Positions 40,755 through 55,141 are shown, numbered from the stretch's first letter. The stretch: DNA of 64,000 nt from an uncultured Gemmatimonadales bacterium (GCA_963851265.1 CAWKNZ010000002.1:800001-864000), one strand, 5' to 3'. Notes: a model not told the origin generated them from the sequence alone. Made by a program: numbers and translations.

Positions 40755-41969
40755 GTGACCACTCCTGCATACATCGTCGACGGCGTGCGGACGCCGATCG
40801 GCAGCCTCGGCGGCGGGCTGGCCGAACTGCGGCCGGACGACATGGCCGCGCACGTCGTGCGTGCGCTGATCGCCCGCCATCCAGCACTCGACCCCGCGCG
40901 CGTCGCCGACGTCGTGCTCGGCTGCGCCAACCAGGCGGGCGAGGACAACCGCAACGTCGCGCGCATGGCCGCGCTGCTGGCCGGGTTGCCGGAGAGCGTG
41001 CCGGGCGAGACCGTGAACCGCCTGTGTGCGTCCGGGATGGGTGCCGTCGCGCACGCCGCACGCGCGGTCATGACCGGCGACGGCGACGTCTACGTGGCCG
41101 GGGGCGTCGAGAGCATGACGCGCGCGCCCTTCGTGCTCTCGAAGGCCTCGAAGCCGTTCGGGCGCGACGTCGAGCTGTTCGACACCTCCTTGGGCTGGCG
41201 GTTCGTGAACCCGCGGATGCGCGACTGCTTCGGCGTCGACTCGATGGGGCAGACCGCAGAGAACGTCGCGGAACGGCTCGGGATCTCGCGCGACGACCAG
41301 GACCTGTTCGCGCTCCGCTCGCAGCAGAAGGCCGCCGCGGCGCGCGACCGTGGGCGTTCCGAGCGCGAGATCGTTCCGGTCGACGTGCCGGCGGGCAGGA
41401 AGGGGACCGTCCGGGTCGAGCGCGACGAGTTCCTGCGCCCCGACACGACACTCGACGCGCTCGCGAAGCTGCGGCCGGCGTTCCGGACCGACGGTCAGGG
41501 CACCGTGACGGCGGGGAACGCGTCGGGGCTGAACGACGGCGCGTGCGCGCTGCTCGTGACGTCGGAGGATGGCGCGCGCGTCGCGGGGACGGAACCGCTC
41601 GCGCGGATCGTCGCCTTCGGCGTCGCCGGCGTGGAGCCGCGGGTGATGGGGCTCGGGCCGGTGCCGGCGACGCGGCAGGCGCTCGCGAAGGCGGGGCTCA
41701 CGCTCGATCAGATGGACGTGCTCGAGCTCAACGAGGCGTTCGCCGCCCAGGTGCTCGGCTGCCTGCGCGAGCTCGGCGTCGCGGACGACGACCCGCGCGT
41801 GAACCCGAACGGCGGAGCGATCGCGTTAGGCCACCCGCTCGGGATGAGCGGCGCGCGTCTGCTGCTGACGGCGGCGCGCGAGCTCCACGCGTCCGGCGGG
41901 CGGTACGCGCTCTGCACGATGTGCGTGGGTGTGGGGCAGGGGATGGCGACGGTGCTGGAGCGGGTGTGA
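40755..41969 (+). CDS. paaJ: 3-oxoadipyl-CoA thiolase (PaaJ/PcaF)
   Basis: [51 protein letters not shown]. Confidence 0.9.
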   Translation: MTTPAYIVDGVRTPIGSLGGGLAELRPDDMAAHVVRALIARHPALDPARVADVVLGCANQAGEDNRNVARMAALLAGLPESVPGETVNRLCASGMGAVAHAARAVMTGDGDVYVAGGVESMTRAPFVLSKASKPFGRDVELFDTSLGWRFVNPRMRDCFGVDSMGQTAENVAERLGISRDDQDLFALRSQQKAAAARDRGRSEREIVPVDVPAGRKGTVRVERDEFLRPDTTLDALAKLRPAFRTDGQGTVTAGNASGLNDGACALLVTSEDGARVAGTEPLARIVAFGVAGVEPRVMGLGPVPATRQALAKAGLTLDQMDVLELNEAFAAQVLGCLRELGVADDDPRVNPNGGAIALGHPLGMSGARLLLTAARELHASGGRYALCTMCVGVGQGMATVLERV

Positions 41970-42637
41970 CCGGGCCGGGCACGCCGCCGGCGGAGTCGTC
42001 GCGCGCCCGACCGGGTGGCACGGGAGGTAACATCTTCGCCTTCGACGACTACGTCCCGGTGGTGCACGAGAGCGCGTACGTGCACCCGAACGCGACGGTG
42101 ACAGGCAACGTGACGATCGGCCGCGATGTCTACGTTGGGCCCGGCGCGGCGATCCGAGGCGATTGGGGCGGTGTGGTGATCGAGGACGGATGCAACGTGC
42201 AGGAGAACTGCACGGTGCACATGTTCCCGGGCGTGACCGTGGTGCTCGAAGCGGGCGCACACGTCGGGCACGGGGCCGTGATCCACGGCGCGCGCCTCGG
42301 CCGCAACTGCTTGATCGGGATGAACGCCGTCGTGATGGACCGGGCGACGGTGGGAGCGGGCTCGGTGGTGGGCGCGCTCTGTTTGGTGCCGGCGGACATG
42401 CAGATTCCGGAGCGGAAGGTCGTGGTGGGCAACCCCGCACGGATCGTGAAGGACGTGAGCGACGAGATGCTCGCGTGGAAGACGGAAGGGACGGCGCTGT
42501 ACCAGGCGCTGCCAGGGCGGCTTCACGCGACGCTGCGGCCCGTGGACCCGCTTCGCGAGGTGACCGCCGGGCAGGCGCAGGCGCGCGCGCGACAGACCGC
42601 GGCGTACCGGACCTGGGCGGAGACCCGAGAGGGTTAG
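41966..42637 (+). CDS. paaY: Hexapeptide-repeat / gamma-carbonic-anhydrase-like PaaY
   Basis: PVVHESAYVHP, IRGDWG, NVQENCTVH, GHGAVIHG; GTG 41966. Confidence 0.85.
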   Translation: MTGPGTPPAESSRARPGGTGGNIFAFDDYVPVVHESAYVHPNATVTGNVTIGRDVYVGPGAAIRGDWGGVVIEDGCNVQENCTVHMFPGVTVVLEAGAHVGHGAVIHGARLGRNCLIGMNAVVMDRATVGAGSVVGALCLVPADMQIPERKVVVGNPARIVKDVSDEMLAWKTEGTALYQALPGRLHATLRPVDPLREVTAGQAQARARQTAAYRTWAETREG

Positions 42638-42664
42638 TGCGCTCGAAGCCTCGCGCTGCAGCGG

Positions 42665-42783
42665 TGTCGTCCCGAGCGGAGCGAGGGACCTACCTTCAGG
42701 CGTGGCGCGGGTTGCTGACCGTGACTCGGAGCGCGTGCCCCGTCACTTCGGACGGTAGGCGCCTCGCTCCGTTCGGGACGACA
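42665..42783. repeat. REP-like inverted repeat pair (30-bp arms)
   Basis: TGTCGTCCCGAGCGGAGCGAGGGACCTACC (42665-42694) and GGTAGGCGCCTCGCTCCGTTCGGGACGACA (42754-42783), 27/30 complementary. Confidence 0.75.
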
Positions 42784-42812
42784 GCCTGCCGTCACTTCGT
42801 TTTCCCACGCCC

Positions 42813-44990
42813 ATGACCATCCGCTTCGACAACTACGCCCTCGACCACTGGGTCGCGGGAACCGGCGACTTCGCCACGTTGACCAACGCCGTCACCGGCG
42901 AGGTGATCGGCGAGGCGTCCAGCCGCGGGCTGGATTTCGCCGCGATGGCCGAGCACGCGCGGCGCGTCGGCGGGCCGGCGCTCCGCCGGATGACGTTCCA
43001 CCAGCGAGCGCGCATGCTCAAGGCACTCGCGCTCGCCCTCACCGCGCGCAAGGAGGAGTTCTACCGCGTGTCCGCGTGGACCGGCGCCACGTCGACCGAC
43101 CACTGGATCGACGTCGACGGCGGGATCGGGACGCTGTTCGCGTACGCGAGTCGTGGCCGGCGCGACTTCCCCGACGAGCCGTTCTTCGTCGACGGACCGG
43201 TCGAGGCGCTGTCGAAGGGCGGCGGGTTCGTGGGTCGCCACGTGTGCGTGCCGCTCGAGGGCGTGGCGGTGCACATCAACGCGTTCAACTTCCCCGTGTG
43301 GGGGATGCTCGAGAAGCTTTCGTGCGCGCTGCTCGCGGGAGTGCCGGCGATCGTGAAGCCGGCCACGGTCACCTGCTATCTCACGCAGGTGGTGTTCCGC
43401 GCCATGATCGACACGGGGCTGCTGCCGGCGGGGAGCGTGCAGCTGATCTGCGGCTCGGCCGGCGATCTGCTCGACCACCTGCGCGAGCAGGACACCGTGG
43501 CGTTCACCGGGAGCGCGGCGACGGGTCTCATGCTCCGCCGCACGCCGGCGATCATGGAGCACAACGTCCGGTTCAACCAGGAGGCCGACTCGCTGAACTA
43601 TTCGATGCTCGGCCCCGACGCGGCGCCCGGCACGCCCGAGTTCGACCTGTTCGTGAAGGAGGTCGCGCGCGAGATGACCGTCAAGGCGGGGCAGAAGTGC
43701 ACCGCGATCCGACGGAGCTTCGTGCCGGCCGCGATGGTCGACGACGTGGTGCGTGCGTTGGGCAAGCGGCTCGCGGGCACGCGCGTCGGCGACCCGGCCG
43801 TGGACGGCGTGCGCATGGGGCCGCTCGCCGGCCGGTCGCAGGTCCGCGAGGTCGGGAAGGCGCTCGCCGCGCTCGCCGACGGTGCGGAACTGGTGTACGG
43901 CGGCCGCCCCGAGGCGGACTTCGAGGTGGTCGGGGCGAACCGCGACGCCGGCGCGTTCTTCCCCATCACGCTGCTCTACAACGACCGCCCGTTCGAGCGC
44001 ACGACGCCGCACGACGTCGAGGCGTTCGGCCCGGTGAACACCGTGATGCCCTACGCGTCGGTCGACGAGGGCGTCGCGCTCGCGAAGCGCGGCCGCGGCT
44101 CGCTCGTCGGCTCGCTGTTCACGGCCGACGACGGCGTGGCGCGCGAGGTCGCGTTAGGCACGGCCGCGTACCACGGGCGCCTGCTGCTCGCCAACCGGCA
44201 CTCCGGCAAGGAGAGCACCGGCCACGGCTCGCCGCTGCCGCAGCTCGTGCACGGCGGGCCCGGCCGCGCGGGCGGCGGCGAGGAGATGGGCGGCGTGCGC
44301 GGCGTGCTGCACTACATGCAGCGGACGGCGATTCAGGGTTCGCCGACCACGGTGGCCGCGGTGACGCGCGAGTGGACGAAGGGCGCCGCCGCGCACACCG
44401 ACCGCGTGCACCCGTTCCGCAAGCATTTCGAGGAGCTCGTCGTGGGCGAGGTGTGGACGACGCACCGGCGGACGATCACGGAGGCCGACGTGGTCAACTT
44501 CGCCGGGCTGTCGGGCGACTTCTTCTACGCCCACACCGACGAGATCGCCGCGCGCGATTCGTTCTTCGGGCGCCGCGTCGCCCACGGGTACTTCGTCATC
44601 TCGGCCGCGGCGGGGCTGTTCGTCGATCCGGCGCCGGGACCGGTGATCGCCAACTACGGCCTGGAAGGGCTCCGCTTCGTGAAGCCGGTCTACATCGGCG
44701 ACACGATCCGCGTCCGCCTCGCGTGCAAGAGCAAGACGGCGAAGGACGATCGCGAGGGGGAGGTGCCGCAGGGTGTCGTCGCCTGGGACGTGGAGGTCAC
44801 CAACCAGGACGACGAGCCGGTGGCCGTGTATACCGTCCTGACGCTCGTTAGACGGCTGCAGCGCCTCGGCGCGGGCGACGCGAACGGCGTCGCGGTGCGC
44901 GATCTCGCCGACGAGGCGCCGGACGCGCTCCGACCCGCCGAGGTGCTCGTCCGCGAGCAGCGCGGTGACGCGCCCGCGCGGATGAACTGA
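42813..44990 (+). CDS. paaZ: Bifunctional oxepin-CoA hydrolase / aldehyde dehydrogenase PaaZ
   Basis: HINAFNFPVWGMLEK, FTGSA, EADSLN, KAGQKCTAIRR, EAFGPV, ESTGHGSPLP; C-terminal MaoC domain SGDFFYAHTD, VAHGYF. Confidence 0.96.
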   Translation: MTIRFDNYALDHWVAGTGDFATLTNAVTGEVIGEASSRGLDFAAMAEHARRVGGPALRRMTFHQRARMLKALALALTARKEEFYRVSAWTGATSTDHWIDVDGGIGTLFAYASRGRRDFPDEPFFVDGPVEALSKGGGFVGRHVCVPLEGVAVHINAFNFPVWGMLEKLSCALLAGVPAIVKPATVTCYLTQVVFRAMIDTGLLPAGSVQLICGSAGDLLDHLREQDTVAFTGSAATGLMLRRTPAIMEHNVRFNQEADSLNYSMLGPDAAPGTPEFDLFVKEVAREMTVKAGQKCTAIRRSFVPAAMVDDVVRALGKRLAGTRVGDPAVDGVRMGPLAGRSQVREVGKALAALADGAELVYGGRPEADFEVVGANRDAGAFFPITLLYNDRPFERTTPHDVEAFGPVNTVMPYASVDEGVALAKRGRGSLVGSLFTADDGVAREVALGTAAYHGRLLLANRHSGKESTGHGSPLPQLVHGGPGRAGGGEEMGGVRGVLHYMQRTAIQGSPTTVAAVTREWTKGAAAHTDRVHPFRKHFEELVVGEVWTTHRRTITEADVVNFAGLSGDFFYAHTDEIAARDSFFGRRVAHGYFVISAAAGLFVDPAPGPVIANYGLEGLRFVKPVYIGDTIRVRLACKSKTAKDDREGEVPQGVVAWDVEVTNQDDEPVAVYTVLTLVRRLQRLGAGDANGVAVRDLADEAPDALRPAEVLVREQRGDAPARMN

Positions 44991-45005
44991 TCCCGATGTA
45001 ACGCG

Positions 45006-45035
45006 TCGTTGCGGAGCGTCGACGCTCCGCAACGA
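45006..45035. repeat. Perfect 30-bp palindrome between convergent genes
   Basis: TCGTTGCGGAGCGTC|GACGCTCCGCAACGA. Confidence 0.85.
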
Positions 45036-45040
45036 TGGCA

Positions 45041-48312
<3,272 letters not shown>

Positions 48313-48366
48313 CCGCGTATAGGTTGCGCGAGTGGGACGGCGCGCCCGCCGGTCTGGCGCGCCCGA

Positions 48367-48439
48367 TGGGGCGTAGCTGAGCTGGCAAAGCGTCCGACTG
48401 TTAATCGGAAGATCGGTGGTTCGAATCCACCCGCCCCAG
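48367..48439 (+). tRNA. tRNA-Asn (GTT)
   Basis: Acceptor TGGGGCG/CGCCCCA, discriminator G, anticodon arm TCCGA-CTGTTAA-TCGGA, T-arm GGTGG-TTCGAAT-CCACC; CCA not encoded. Confidence 0.93.
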
Positions 48440-48635
48440 TCATCGCAGGTCGACGGACGCGGCGCCGCCCCGAACGCGGCGTCGCCACGAGCGCGGCGCC
48501 GCCCGTCCCCACCTCGGCGCCCGGACCCGAGGGTCCAAGCGGTGTCGCGCGACGGCCGTGCGCCGCGGTTCGACGCGGACCGTTCCGCGCCGCGCTCCGG
48601 ACGACCCCACGCCCTACCCCGCGGAGCCCCACGCC

Positions 48636-49922
48636 ATGCCCATCTACCACACGTTAGGCCGCGTGCCGCAGAAGCGGCACAGCGCGATGCGCAAGCCCGA
48701 CGGCGGCATCTACTCGGAGCAGCTCGTCGGGCACGAGGGGTTCACCGGCACCTCGGCGCTGCTCTACCACGTGCACCCGCCCACGACGGTGAAGAGCGTG
48801 CGCAAGCTGCGCGACCTCGTGTGGGAGGCGTCGGACGACGACACGCTCAAGCACCGGCATTTCCGCACCGCCCAGCTGCGGAAGGGCGGCAGCCCGACGC
48901 TCGACCGGATCCCGATGCTCTTCAACGCCGACGTGGCGATGCTCTACGTCGAGCCCGACGTCCAGGACGCGCACTTCTACCGAAACGCGCAGGCGGACGA
49001 GGTCGTGTACGTGGCGAAGGGGTCGGGCGTGCTGGAGTCGCAGTTCGGCAACCTGCCCTACGCCGACGGCGACTACGTCGTGATCCACCGCGGCATCCTG
49101 CACCGCTGGCGCATGGACGCGGACGTGCCGCAGAAGTTCCTCGTGATGGAGAGCCGCGGGCACGTGCGCTGGCCCAAGCGCTACCGAAACGACTACGGCC
49201 AGCTCGTCGAGGGCGCGCCGTATTCGGAGCGCGACATCCGGCGTCCGGCGGAGCTCGTCACGCACGACGAGATGGGCGACTTCCCGATCCTCATCAAGCA
49301 GTACGACGCGCTCTCCGAGTATGTACTCGACCACCACCCGTTCGACGTGGTCGGGTGGGACGGGCATTTCTATCCGTGGATCTTCAACATCCGCGACTTC
49401 GAGCCGATCGTCGGCCGGGTGCACCAGCCGCCGCCGGTGCACCAGACGTTCCAGGGCGACGGCTTCGTGATCTGCTCGTTCTGCCCGCGGCCCTTCGACT
49501 TCGGCGAGAACGCGATCCCCGCGCCCTACAACCACAGCAACGTCGACTCGGACGAGGTGATCTTCTACGCGTCCGAGGAGTTCATGAGCCGGAAGGGGAT
49601 CGAATTCGGTTCGGTGACGCACCACCCCGACGGCATCCCGCACGGCCCGCACCCCGGTCGCTACGAGGCCAGCATCGGGCAGAAGTGGACCAACGAGTAC
49701 GCCGTCATGATGGACTCGTTCCGCCCGCTGAAGGTCGCGAAGGCCACGTTAGGCGCCGAGGACCCGGCGTACCACCGCAGCTGGATCGAGGCGCAGCACG
49801 CGCGCGTCGCGGCGACCGGCGGCGGCGCGAACGGGAACGGGCACGAAGCGGCCGACGTTGTCGCGGACGACGAGGCCAACCGCGCGCGGACCGGCGCGGC
49901 CTCGATGCCGCTCACCGACTGA
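48636..49922 (+). CDS. hmgA: Homogentisate 1,2-dioxygenase
   Basis: HPFDVVGWDG, GRVHQPPPVHQTF, CSFCPR, PYNHSNVDSDEV, HPDGIPHGPHPG. Confidence 0.93.
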   Translation: MPIYHTLGRVPQKRHSAMRKPDGGIYSEQLVGHEGFTGTSALLYHVHPPTTVKSVRKLRDLVWEASDDDTLKHRHFRTAQLRKGGSPTLDRIPMLFNADVAMLYVEPDVQDAHFYRNAQADEVVYVAKGSGVLESQFGNLPYADGDYVVIHRGILHRWRMDADVPQKFLVMESRGHVRWPKRYRNDYGQLVEGAPYSERDIRRPAELVTHDEMGDFPILIKQYDALSEYVLDHHPFDVVGWDGHFYPWIFNIRDFEPIVGRVHQPPPVHQTFQGDGFVICSFCPRPFDFGENAIPAPYNHSNVDSDEVIFYASEEFMSRKGIEFGSVTHHPDGIPHGPHPGRYEASIGQKWTNEYAVMMDSFRPLKVAKATLGAEDPAYHRSWIEAQHARVAATGGGANGNGHEAADVVADDEANRARTGAASMPLTD

Positions 49923-49964
49923 CGCCCCACGTCGTCCCGGCACGACCCCCACGACCTCGACCGA

Positions 49965-51179
49965 ATGCCACGCCCGGCCGACCGCTTCCGCACGCTCCCC
50001 ACGTACCCCATGGCGCACGTGCCGGTGCGGAAGCGCGAGCTGCTCGCCGCCGGGCGCGACGTGATCGACCTCGGCCCCGGCGACGCCGACCTCCCGCCGC
50101 CCCCGGCCGCGGTCGAAGCGCTCCGCGCCGCGCTCGAGAACCCCGGGATGCACCGCTACGGCTTCGGGCTCGGCCACGTCCCGTTCCGCGAGGCGATCGC
50201 GCGGTGGATGCAGCGCCGCTTCGGGCTCGTCTTCGACCCGGCCGCGGAGGTCTGCCCGCTCATCGGCTCGAAGGAGGGGATCGTCCACCTCTGCACCGCG
50301 TACCTTCAGCGCGGCGAAGTGGCCGTCGTGCCCGAGCCCGGCTACCTGGCCTACGTCGGCGGCACCCTGCTCAACGAGGCGGAGGTGTACCCGTACCAGA
50401 TCCGCCCGCGCACGCAGTACCTGGTCGAACTCGAGGAGCTGCCGCCCGACGTGCTCCGGCGCGCCAAGGTCGTCTTCCTGAACTACCCCAACAACCCGAC
50501 CGCGGCGGTCGCGCCGCGCGACTACCTCGAGCGCACCGTTAGGCTCTGCCGCGAGCGCGACGTGCTGCTCGTCTACGACAACGCGTACTCCGAGATCGCC
50601 TTCGACGGCTACGTGCCGCCGAGCATCTTCGAGATTCCCGGGGCACGCGAGGTGGCCGTCGAGTTCCATTCGCTCAGCAAGACCTACAACATGACCGGCT
50701 GGCGGCAGGGCTGGGCCGTCGGGAACGCGGAGGCCATCGGCGCGCTCGCGAAGGTGAAGTCGTTCATCGACACCGGGTCGTTCATGGCGATCCAGGCCGC
50801 GGGCGTCGCCGCGCTCGAGAGCTGGGCCGAGTTCGTCCCCAAGAACGTCGCGACCTTCCGCGAACGGCGCGACGCGGGGGTGGAGGCGTTCCGCGCGGCG
50901 GGCTTCGCGTGCGAGTCGCCGAAGGCGGCGATGTATCTCTGGCTCGAGGTGCCCGACGGTATTCCGAGCCGCGAGTTCACCGACCGCCTGATGGACGACG
51001 AGGCGGTGATCACGATCGCCGGCTCGAGCTTCGGTGCCGGCGGGGAGGGCTTCTTCCGCGTATCGCTCATCGTGCCCCCGGAGCGGCTCCGCGACGCGGC
51101 CGCGCGCGCCGCACGCGTGCTCGCGGCGATGCGCGCGGAACGCGCGGCGGGCGCCGGCGTCGCGGCGCTCGCCGCCTAA
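49965..51179 (+). CDS. PLP-dependent aminotransferase class I/II (LL-DAP aminotransferase-like)
   Basis: [34 protein letters not shown]. Confidence 0.9.
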   Translation: MPRPADRFRTLPTYPMAHVPVRKRELLAAGRDVIDLGPGDADLPPPPAAVEALRAALENPGMHRYGFGLGHVPFREAIARWMQRRFGLVFDPAAEVCPLIGSKEGIVHLCTAYLQRGEVAVVPEPGYLAYVGGTLLNEAEVYPYQIRPRTQYLVELEELPPDVLRRAKVVFLNYPNNPTAAVAPRDYLERTVRLCRERDVLLVYDNAYSEIAFDGYVPPSIFEIPGAREVAVEFHSLSKTYNMTGWRQGWAVGNAEAIGALAKVKSFIDTGSFMAIQAAGVAALESWAEFVPKNVATFRERRDAGVEAFRAAGFACESPKAAMYLWLEVPDGIPSREFTDRLMDDEAVITIAGSSFGAGGEGFFRVSLIVPPERLRDAAARAARVLAAMRAERAAGAGVAALAA

Positions 51180-51189
51180 CGCCCGGGCG

Positions 51190-52638
51190 ATGGCCGACGG
51201 GGGCGCCGGCGGGGACGCCGAGACGTGTGACGTCGTCGTGCTCGGGGCCGGGGCCGCCGGACTGGCCGCGGCGCGCGCACTCGCCGACGCGGGCCGGCGG
51301 GTCGTCGTTCTCGAGGCGCGCGACCGCATCGGCGGGCGCATCGACACGGCGCACGTGCCCGACGTCGGCGCGCCGATCGAACTCGGCGCCGAGTTCGTGC
51401 ACGGCGACCCGCCGGAGTTGTGGGAGATCGCCGAAGCGGCCGCGCTGCACGTGTGCGACGCCGAGGAAGCGCACGTCGCGCGCGACGGGGACCGCCTCGT
51501 GCAACGGGCAGACTTCGGCGGCGAGATGGGCGAGGTGCTCGCCGCGCTCACCGCCGAGGCGACGCGTGCCGGCGGACGCGACGTGAGCGTGGCGACGTTC
51601 CTCGCGTCGCACTTCGGCGGCGTCGAGCACGCCGACGCTCGCCGGATGGCGACGGCATACGTCGAGGGATTCCATGCCGCGGACGTCGCCGACGCCGGAA
51701 TCCAGCCGCTCGCTCGTGCCGAGGGCGAGGCGTCGGGGAACGACGCGGCGTACCGGATCGTCGACGGCTACGCGCGCGTGCCCGAGTGGCTGTACGACGG
51801 CCGCGCCACGCGTCCGGCGCTCGACGTGCGGCTCGGTCACGTGGTCGAGGAGGTGGCGTGGGGCGCCGCGGGCGTGCGGGTGCGCGCCTCCGTGCCGGGC
51901 GGCGCGCGCGAGGTGCGCGCGAGGTGCGCGGTGGTCACGCTGCCGCTCAGCGTGCTCGGCGCGTCGGTCGACGGCGCCGCGCGAACGTCCGACGCGCTCA
52001 CGGGTCATGCGCCAGTGTCGGGCGCGCCGCGGCGCGCCACGGGCGACGTGCGCTTCGACCCGCCGCTCGACGCCAAGCGCGGCGCCCTGGCCGGGCTCGC
52101 GATGGGACAGGTCGCGCGCATGGTGCTGCGTTTCCGGCGGCGATTCTGGGAAGACCCGAAGACCGTTCCCGCGCTCGCGCAGGATGAGGCGGGCGTGACG
52201 CTCGCCTTCATGCACACGCCCGAACTCGACGTCCCGGTGTGGTGGACGCTTCGTGCCCTTCGCGCGCCCGTGCTCGTCGCGTGGTCCGGCGCGAGCAAGG
52301 CCCGCGCACTCCTCGCGCTCGAGCCCGGCGCGCGACGGGAGTGTGTGCTCGGCGCGCTCGCGACCGCGCTCGGCGTCGCGCGCTCGACGATCGACGCCGA
52401 GTTCGTGGCCGCGTACGAGCACGACTGGTCGCGCGACCCGTTGGCGCGGGGCGCGTACAGCTACGCGCGGGTGGGCGGCCGCGACGCGTTCGCCGCGCTC
52501 GCGCGCCCGCTCGGCTCGCTCGTGTTCGCAGGCGAAGCGACCGCGGCCGACGGGAATTGGGGCACGGTTCACGGTGCGATCCACAGCGGCCGCCGGGCGG
52601 CGGACGAGGCCCTCGCCCTGCTCGCGCGGCCGGCGTAA
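51190..52638 (+). CDS. Flavin-dependent amine oxidase family protein
   Basis: [60 protein letters not shown]. Confidence 0.9.
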   Translation: MADGGAGGDAETCDVVVLGAGAAGLAAARALADAGRRVVVLEARDRIGGRIDTAHVPDVGAPIELGAEFVHGDPPELWEIAEAAALHVCDAEEAHVARDGDRLVQRADFGGEMGEVLAALTAEATRAGGRDVSVATFLASHFGGVEHADARRMATAYVEGFHAADVADAGIQPLARAEGEASGNDAAYRIVDGYARVPEWLYDGRATRPALDVRLGHVVEEVAWGAAGVRVRASVPGGAREVRARCAVVTLPLSVLGASVDGAARTSDALTGHAPVSGAPRRATGDVRFDPPLDAKRGALAGLAMGQVARMVLRFRRRFWEDPKTVPALAQDEAGVTLAFMHTPELDVPVWWTLRALRAPVLVAWSGASKARALLALEPGARRECVLGALATALGVARSTIDAEFVAAYEHDWSRDPLARGAYSYARVGGRDAFAALARPLGSLVFAGEATAADGNWGTVHGAIHSGRRAADEALALLARPA

Positions 52639-52647
52639 CGTTCGCGC

Positions 52648-54258
52648 ATGTGGTCTGATCGTGTTACCGCGCCCGCGGCGCGCTCCGTCGTGCGCCGCGC
52701 GGCCGCGCTCGCGGCTGTGGTTCTGCTCGCCGCGTGCGGCCGCACGCCGCCGCCCCCTGCCGAGGCGCCCCGCCCCGTGCTCGTCGCCGCGCCCGAGCCG
52801 CCCGCCGTCGCGCGCGAGTTCCGCGCGGCGTGGGTCGCCACGGTGGGCAACATCGACTGGCCATCCAAACCTGGGCTCAGCAGCGCGCAGCAGCGGGCCG
52901 AGATGGTCGCCCTGCTCGACCGCGCCGCGGGGCTGCACCTGAACGCGATCATCCTGCAGGTGCGCCCCGCGGCCGACGCGTTCTACGACTCGCCGCACGA
53001 GCCGTGGTCCGAGTACCTGACCGGGCAGATGGGGCGAGCGCCCGCGCCGTACTACGACCCGCTCGCGTTCGCGATCGCCGAGGCGCACAAGCGCGGGCTC
53101 GAGCTCCACGCGTGGTTCAACCCGTACCGGGCGCGGAACGACGCGCCGCGCGGCGCGGCCTCGGCTTCGCACGTCACGCTCGCGAAGCCCGAGATCGTGC
53201 GGAGCTATGCCGGCTTCCGCTGGATGGACCCCGGCGAGCCCGAGACGCGCGCGCAATCGCTGCGCGTCATCACCGACGTCGTGCGGCGCTACGACGTCGA
53301 CGGCGTGCACATCGACGACTATTTCTACCCGTACCCCGAGAACGACCCGGCCACCAAGCGGCCGGCGCCCTTCCCCGACTCGGTGAGCTACGCGCGGTAC
53401 GTGGCCGACGGCGGGACGCTCGCGCGCGACGACTGGCGTCGGGCCAACGTCGACGCGTTCGTGCACGCGATGTACGACTCGGTGCACGCGGCGAAGGCGT
53501 GGGTCAAGGTCGGCATCAGCCCGTTCGGCATCTACCGGCCGAAGGAGCCGGCGAACGCGTGCTGCTTCGACGCGTACGCCAAGCTCTACGCGGACTCGCG
53601 GCGGTGGTGGCGCGAGGGGTGGGCCGACTATTTCACCCCGCAGCTCTATTGGAAGATCGCGGCGCGTCAGCAGAGCTACCCCGAACTGCTGGCGTGGTGG
53701 GCCGCGGAGAATCGGCGCGGGCGCAATCTGTGGCCCGGCAACTACCTGTCGCGGGTGGGAACGCGCCCGAGCGACTGGCGCGTCGCCGAGATCGACTCGC
53801 AGATCGCGGTGACGCGCGCGCAGCGAGGCGCGGGCGGCAACGTCTGGTTCAGCATGCAGACGTTCATGCGCAACACCGCGGGCGTCGCCGACTCGCTGCG
53901 CGCGGGGCCGTACGCGGCGCCCGCGCTCGTGCCGGCGTCGCCGTGGCTGCCGGGGCGGGCGCCGACCGCGCCGGCGGTCGCGATCGCGCGGAGCGGGCGC
54001 CCCCACGTCACGCTCGAGCCCGGCGCAGGCGACCCGGAGCCGTGGCTCTGGGTCGTGCAGCTCCGCGAGGGAGACCGGTGGGACACGGTCGTGCTCCCCG
54101 GGAGCGCGCGCGAGTACGTGCCCGTGCGGAGCGCGTACGCGGGCGGCGACGCGCCCGGGCCCGACGAGGTGCGCGCGTACGGCGTCGACCGTACCGGGCG
54201 CGACGGCCCGGCGGGGCGCGCGGGTTCGGCGACGCGCGTCGCCGCGGGCGACCGTTAG
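52648..54258 (+). CDS. GHL10 family (YddW/DigH-like) glycoside hydrolase lipoprotein
   Basis: Lipobox LLAAC; EFRAAWVATVGNIDWPS, QVRPAADAFY, LHAWFNPYRA, YDVDGVHIDDYFYPY, GISPFG, PQLYW. Confidence 0.9.
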   Translation: MWSDRVTAPAARSVVRRAAALAAVVLLAACGRTPPPPAEAPRPVLVAAPEPPAVAREFRAAWVATVGNIDWPSKPGLSSAQQRAEMVALLDRAAGLHLNAIILQVRPAADAFYDSPHEPWSEYLTGQMGRAPAPYYDPLAFAIAEAHKRGLELHAWFNPYRARNDAPRGAASASHVTLAKPEIVRSYAGFRWMDPGEPETRAQSLRVITDVVRRYDVDGVHIDDYFYPYPENDPATKRPAPFPDSVSYARYVADGGTLARDDWRRANVDAFVHAMYDSVHAAKAWVKVGISPFGIYRPKEPANACCFDAYAKLYADSRRWWREGWADYFTPQLYWKIAARQQSYPELLAWWAAENRRGRNLWPGNYLSRVGTRPSDWRVAEIDSQIAVTRAQRGAGGNVWFSMQTFMRNTAGVADSLRAGPYAAPALVPASPWLPGRAPTAPAVAIARSGRPHVTLEPGAGDPEPWLWVVQLREGDRWDTVVLPGSAREYVPVRSAYAGGDAPGPDEVRAYGVDRTGRDGPAGRAGSATRVAAGDR

Positions 54259-54267
54259 GCGAGAACC

Positions 54268-54669
54268 ATGGCGTCGTCCCGGCGTCCGCCGTTCTTCTAC
54301 CGCGAGACCGAGGGGGTCCGCGTCACCGTGCGCCCGTCGTACCTCCGCGAACAGTCCCGACCCGCGGCGGGGCAGTACGTGTTCGCCTACCACATCCGGA
54401 TCGAGAACGTCGGGCCAGTGGCGGCGCAACTCCTCGCGCGGCGGTGGACGATCACCGACTCGACGGGCGAGGTGACAGAGGTGGAGGGCGAGGGCGTCGT
54501 CGGCGAGCAGCCGGTCCTGCACCCCGGCCGCGTGCACGAGTACCGGAGTTTCTGCGTGCTGAAGTCCGAACGCGGGCACATGGAGGGGCGCTACCGGTTC
54601 GTGCGCGCGGACGGCGACCTGTTCGACGTCGACGTCCCGCGGTTCACGCTCGACGCCGCCATCGAGTGA
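54268..54669 (+). CDS. apaG: ApaG protein
   Basis: YVFAYHIRIEN, QLLARRWTITD, VEGEGVVGEQPVL, GHMEGRY. Confidence 0.93.
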   Translation: MASSRRPPFFYRETEGVRVTVRPSYLREQSRPAAGQYVFAYHIRIENVGPVAAQLLARRWTITDSTGEVTEVEGEGVVGEQPVLHPGRVHEYRSFCVLKSERGHMEGRYRFVRADGDLFDVDVPRFTLDAAIE

Positions 54670-54690
54670 TCGCGTGGCGCCCTGTCGCGC

Positions 54691-54734
54691 GTAACGCGCC
54701 GTGTCACGCGCCTTGTCACGCGCCTTGTCACGCG
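54691..54734. repeat. 12-bp tandem repeat (GTCACGCGCCTT), about 3.7 copies
   Basis: GTAACGCGCCGT GTCACGCGCCTT GTCACGCGCCTT GTCACGCG. Confidence 0.75.
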
Positions 54735-55141
54735 TCGAGGGCGCGGATGGGGATGGTCGCCTCGAACGGGGCGTAGAGCGCGGCGAACGCGCGCGGCGGC
54801 AGCACGTCGCGGACGACGAGCGCGAGCAGCGCGGCGAGCGCCGCCTCGGCGACGGGGTGGAGCGCGTCGTCGTCGCGCCGGACGAGCTGGGCGAGCGGAC
54901 CGAGCACCGCGTCGCGCTCCGCGGTGCGGCCGGCGCGCTCGACGGCGCGGGCGAGGTCGCGGTCGGCCGCGACCGCCGCGACGGTTCCCGCGACGGCCGC
55001 ATAGGCGTCCGCCGCCGCGTCCCACTCGCCCGGGGCGAGGGCGGCGAATCGCTGCAGGAACCGGCGCACGGCGGCGGTCTGCGGGCCGTACGGGGCGGCG
55101 GACACGGGCGCGGGGCCCTCGGGCGTGCCGGGTGCGGTCAT
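54728..55141 (-). CDS. Hypothetical protein
   Basis: 137 aa; [19 protein letters not shown]...FAALYAPFE, helical and protein-like. Confidence 0.65.
   Translation of the reverse strand: MTAPGTPEGPAPVSAAPYGPQTAAVRRFLQRFAALAPGEWDAAADAYAAVAGTVAAVAADRDLARAVERAGRTAERDAVLGPLAQLVRRDDDALHPVAEAALAALLALVVRDVLPPRAFAALYAPFEATIPIRALDA

Noticed and set aside
51067..55002. Very long antisense ORFs (1311 aa here; also 8502..11423, 44154..46880, 4972..6825)
   Set aside because: Shadow ORFs opposite well-supported genes; expected at this GC content, Arg/Ala-rich and without motifs.
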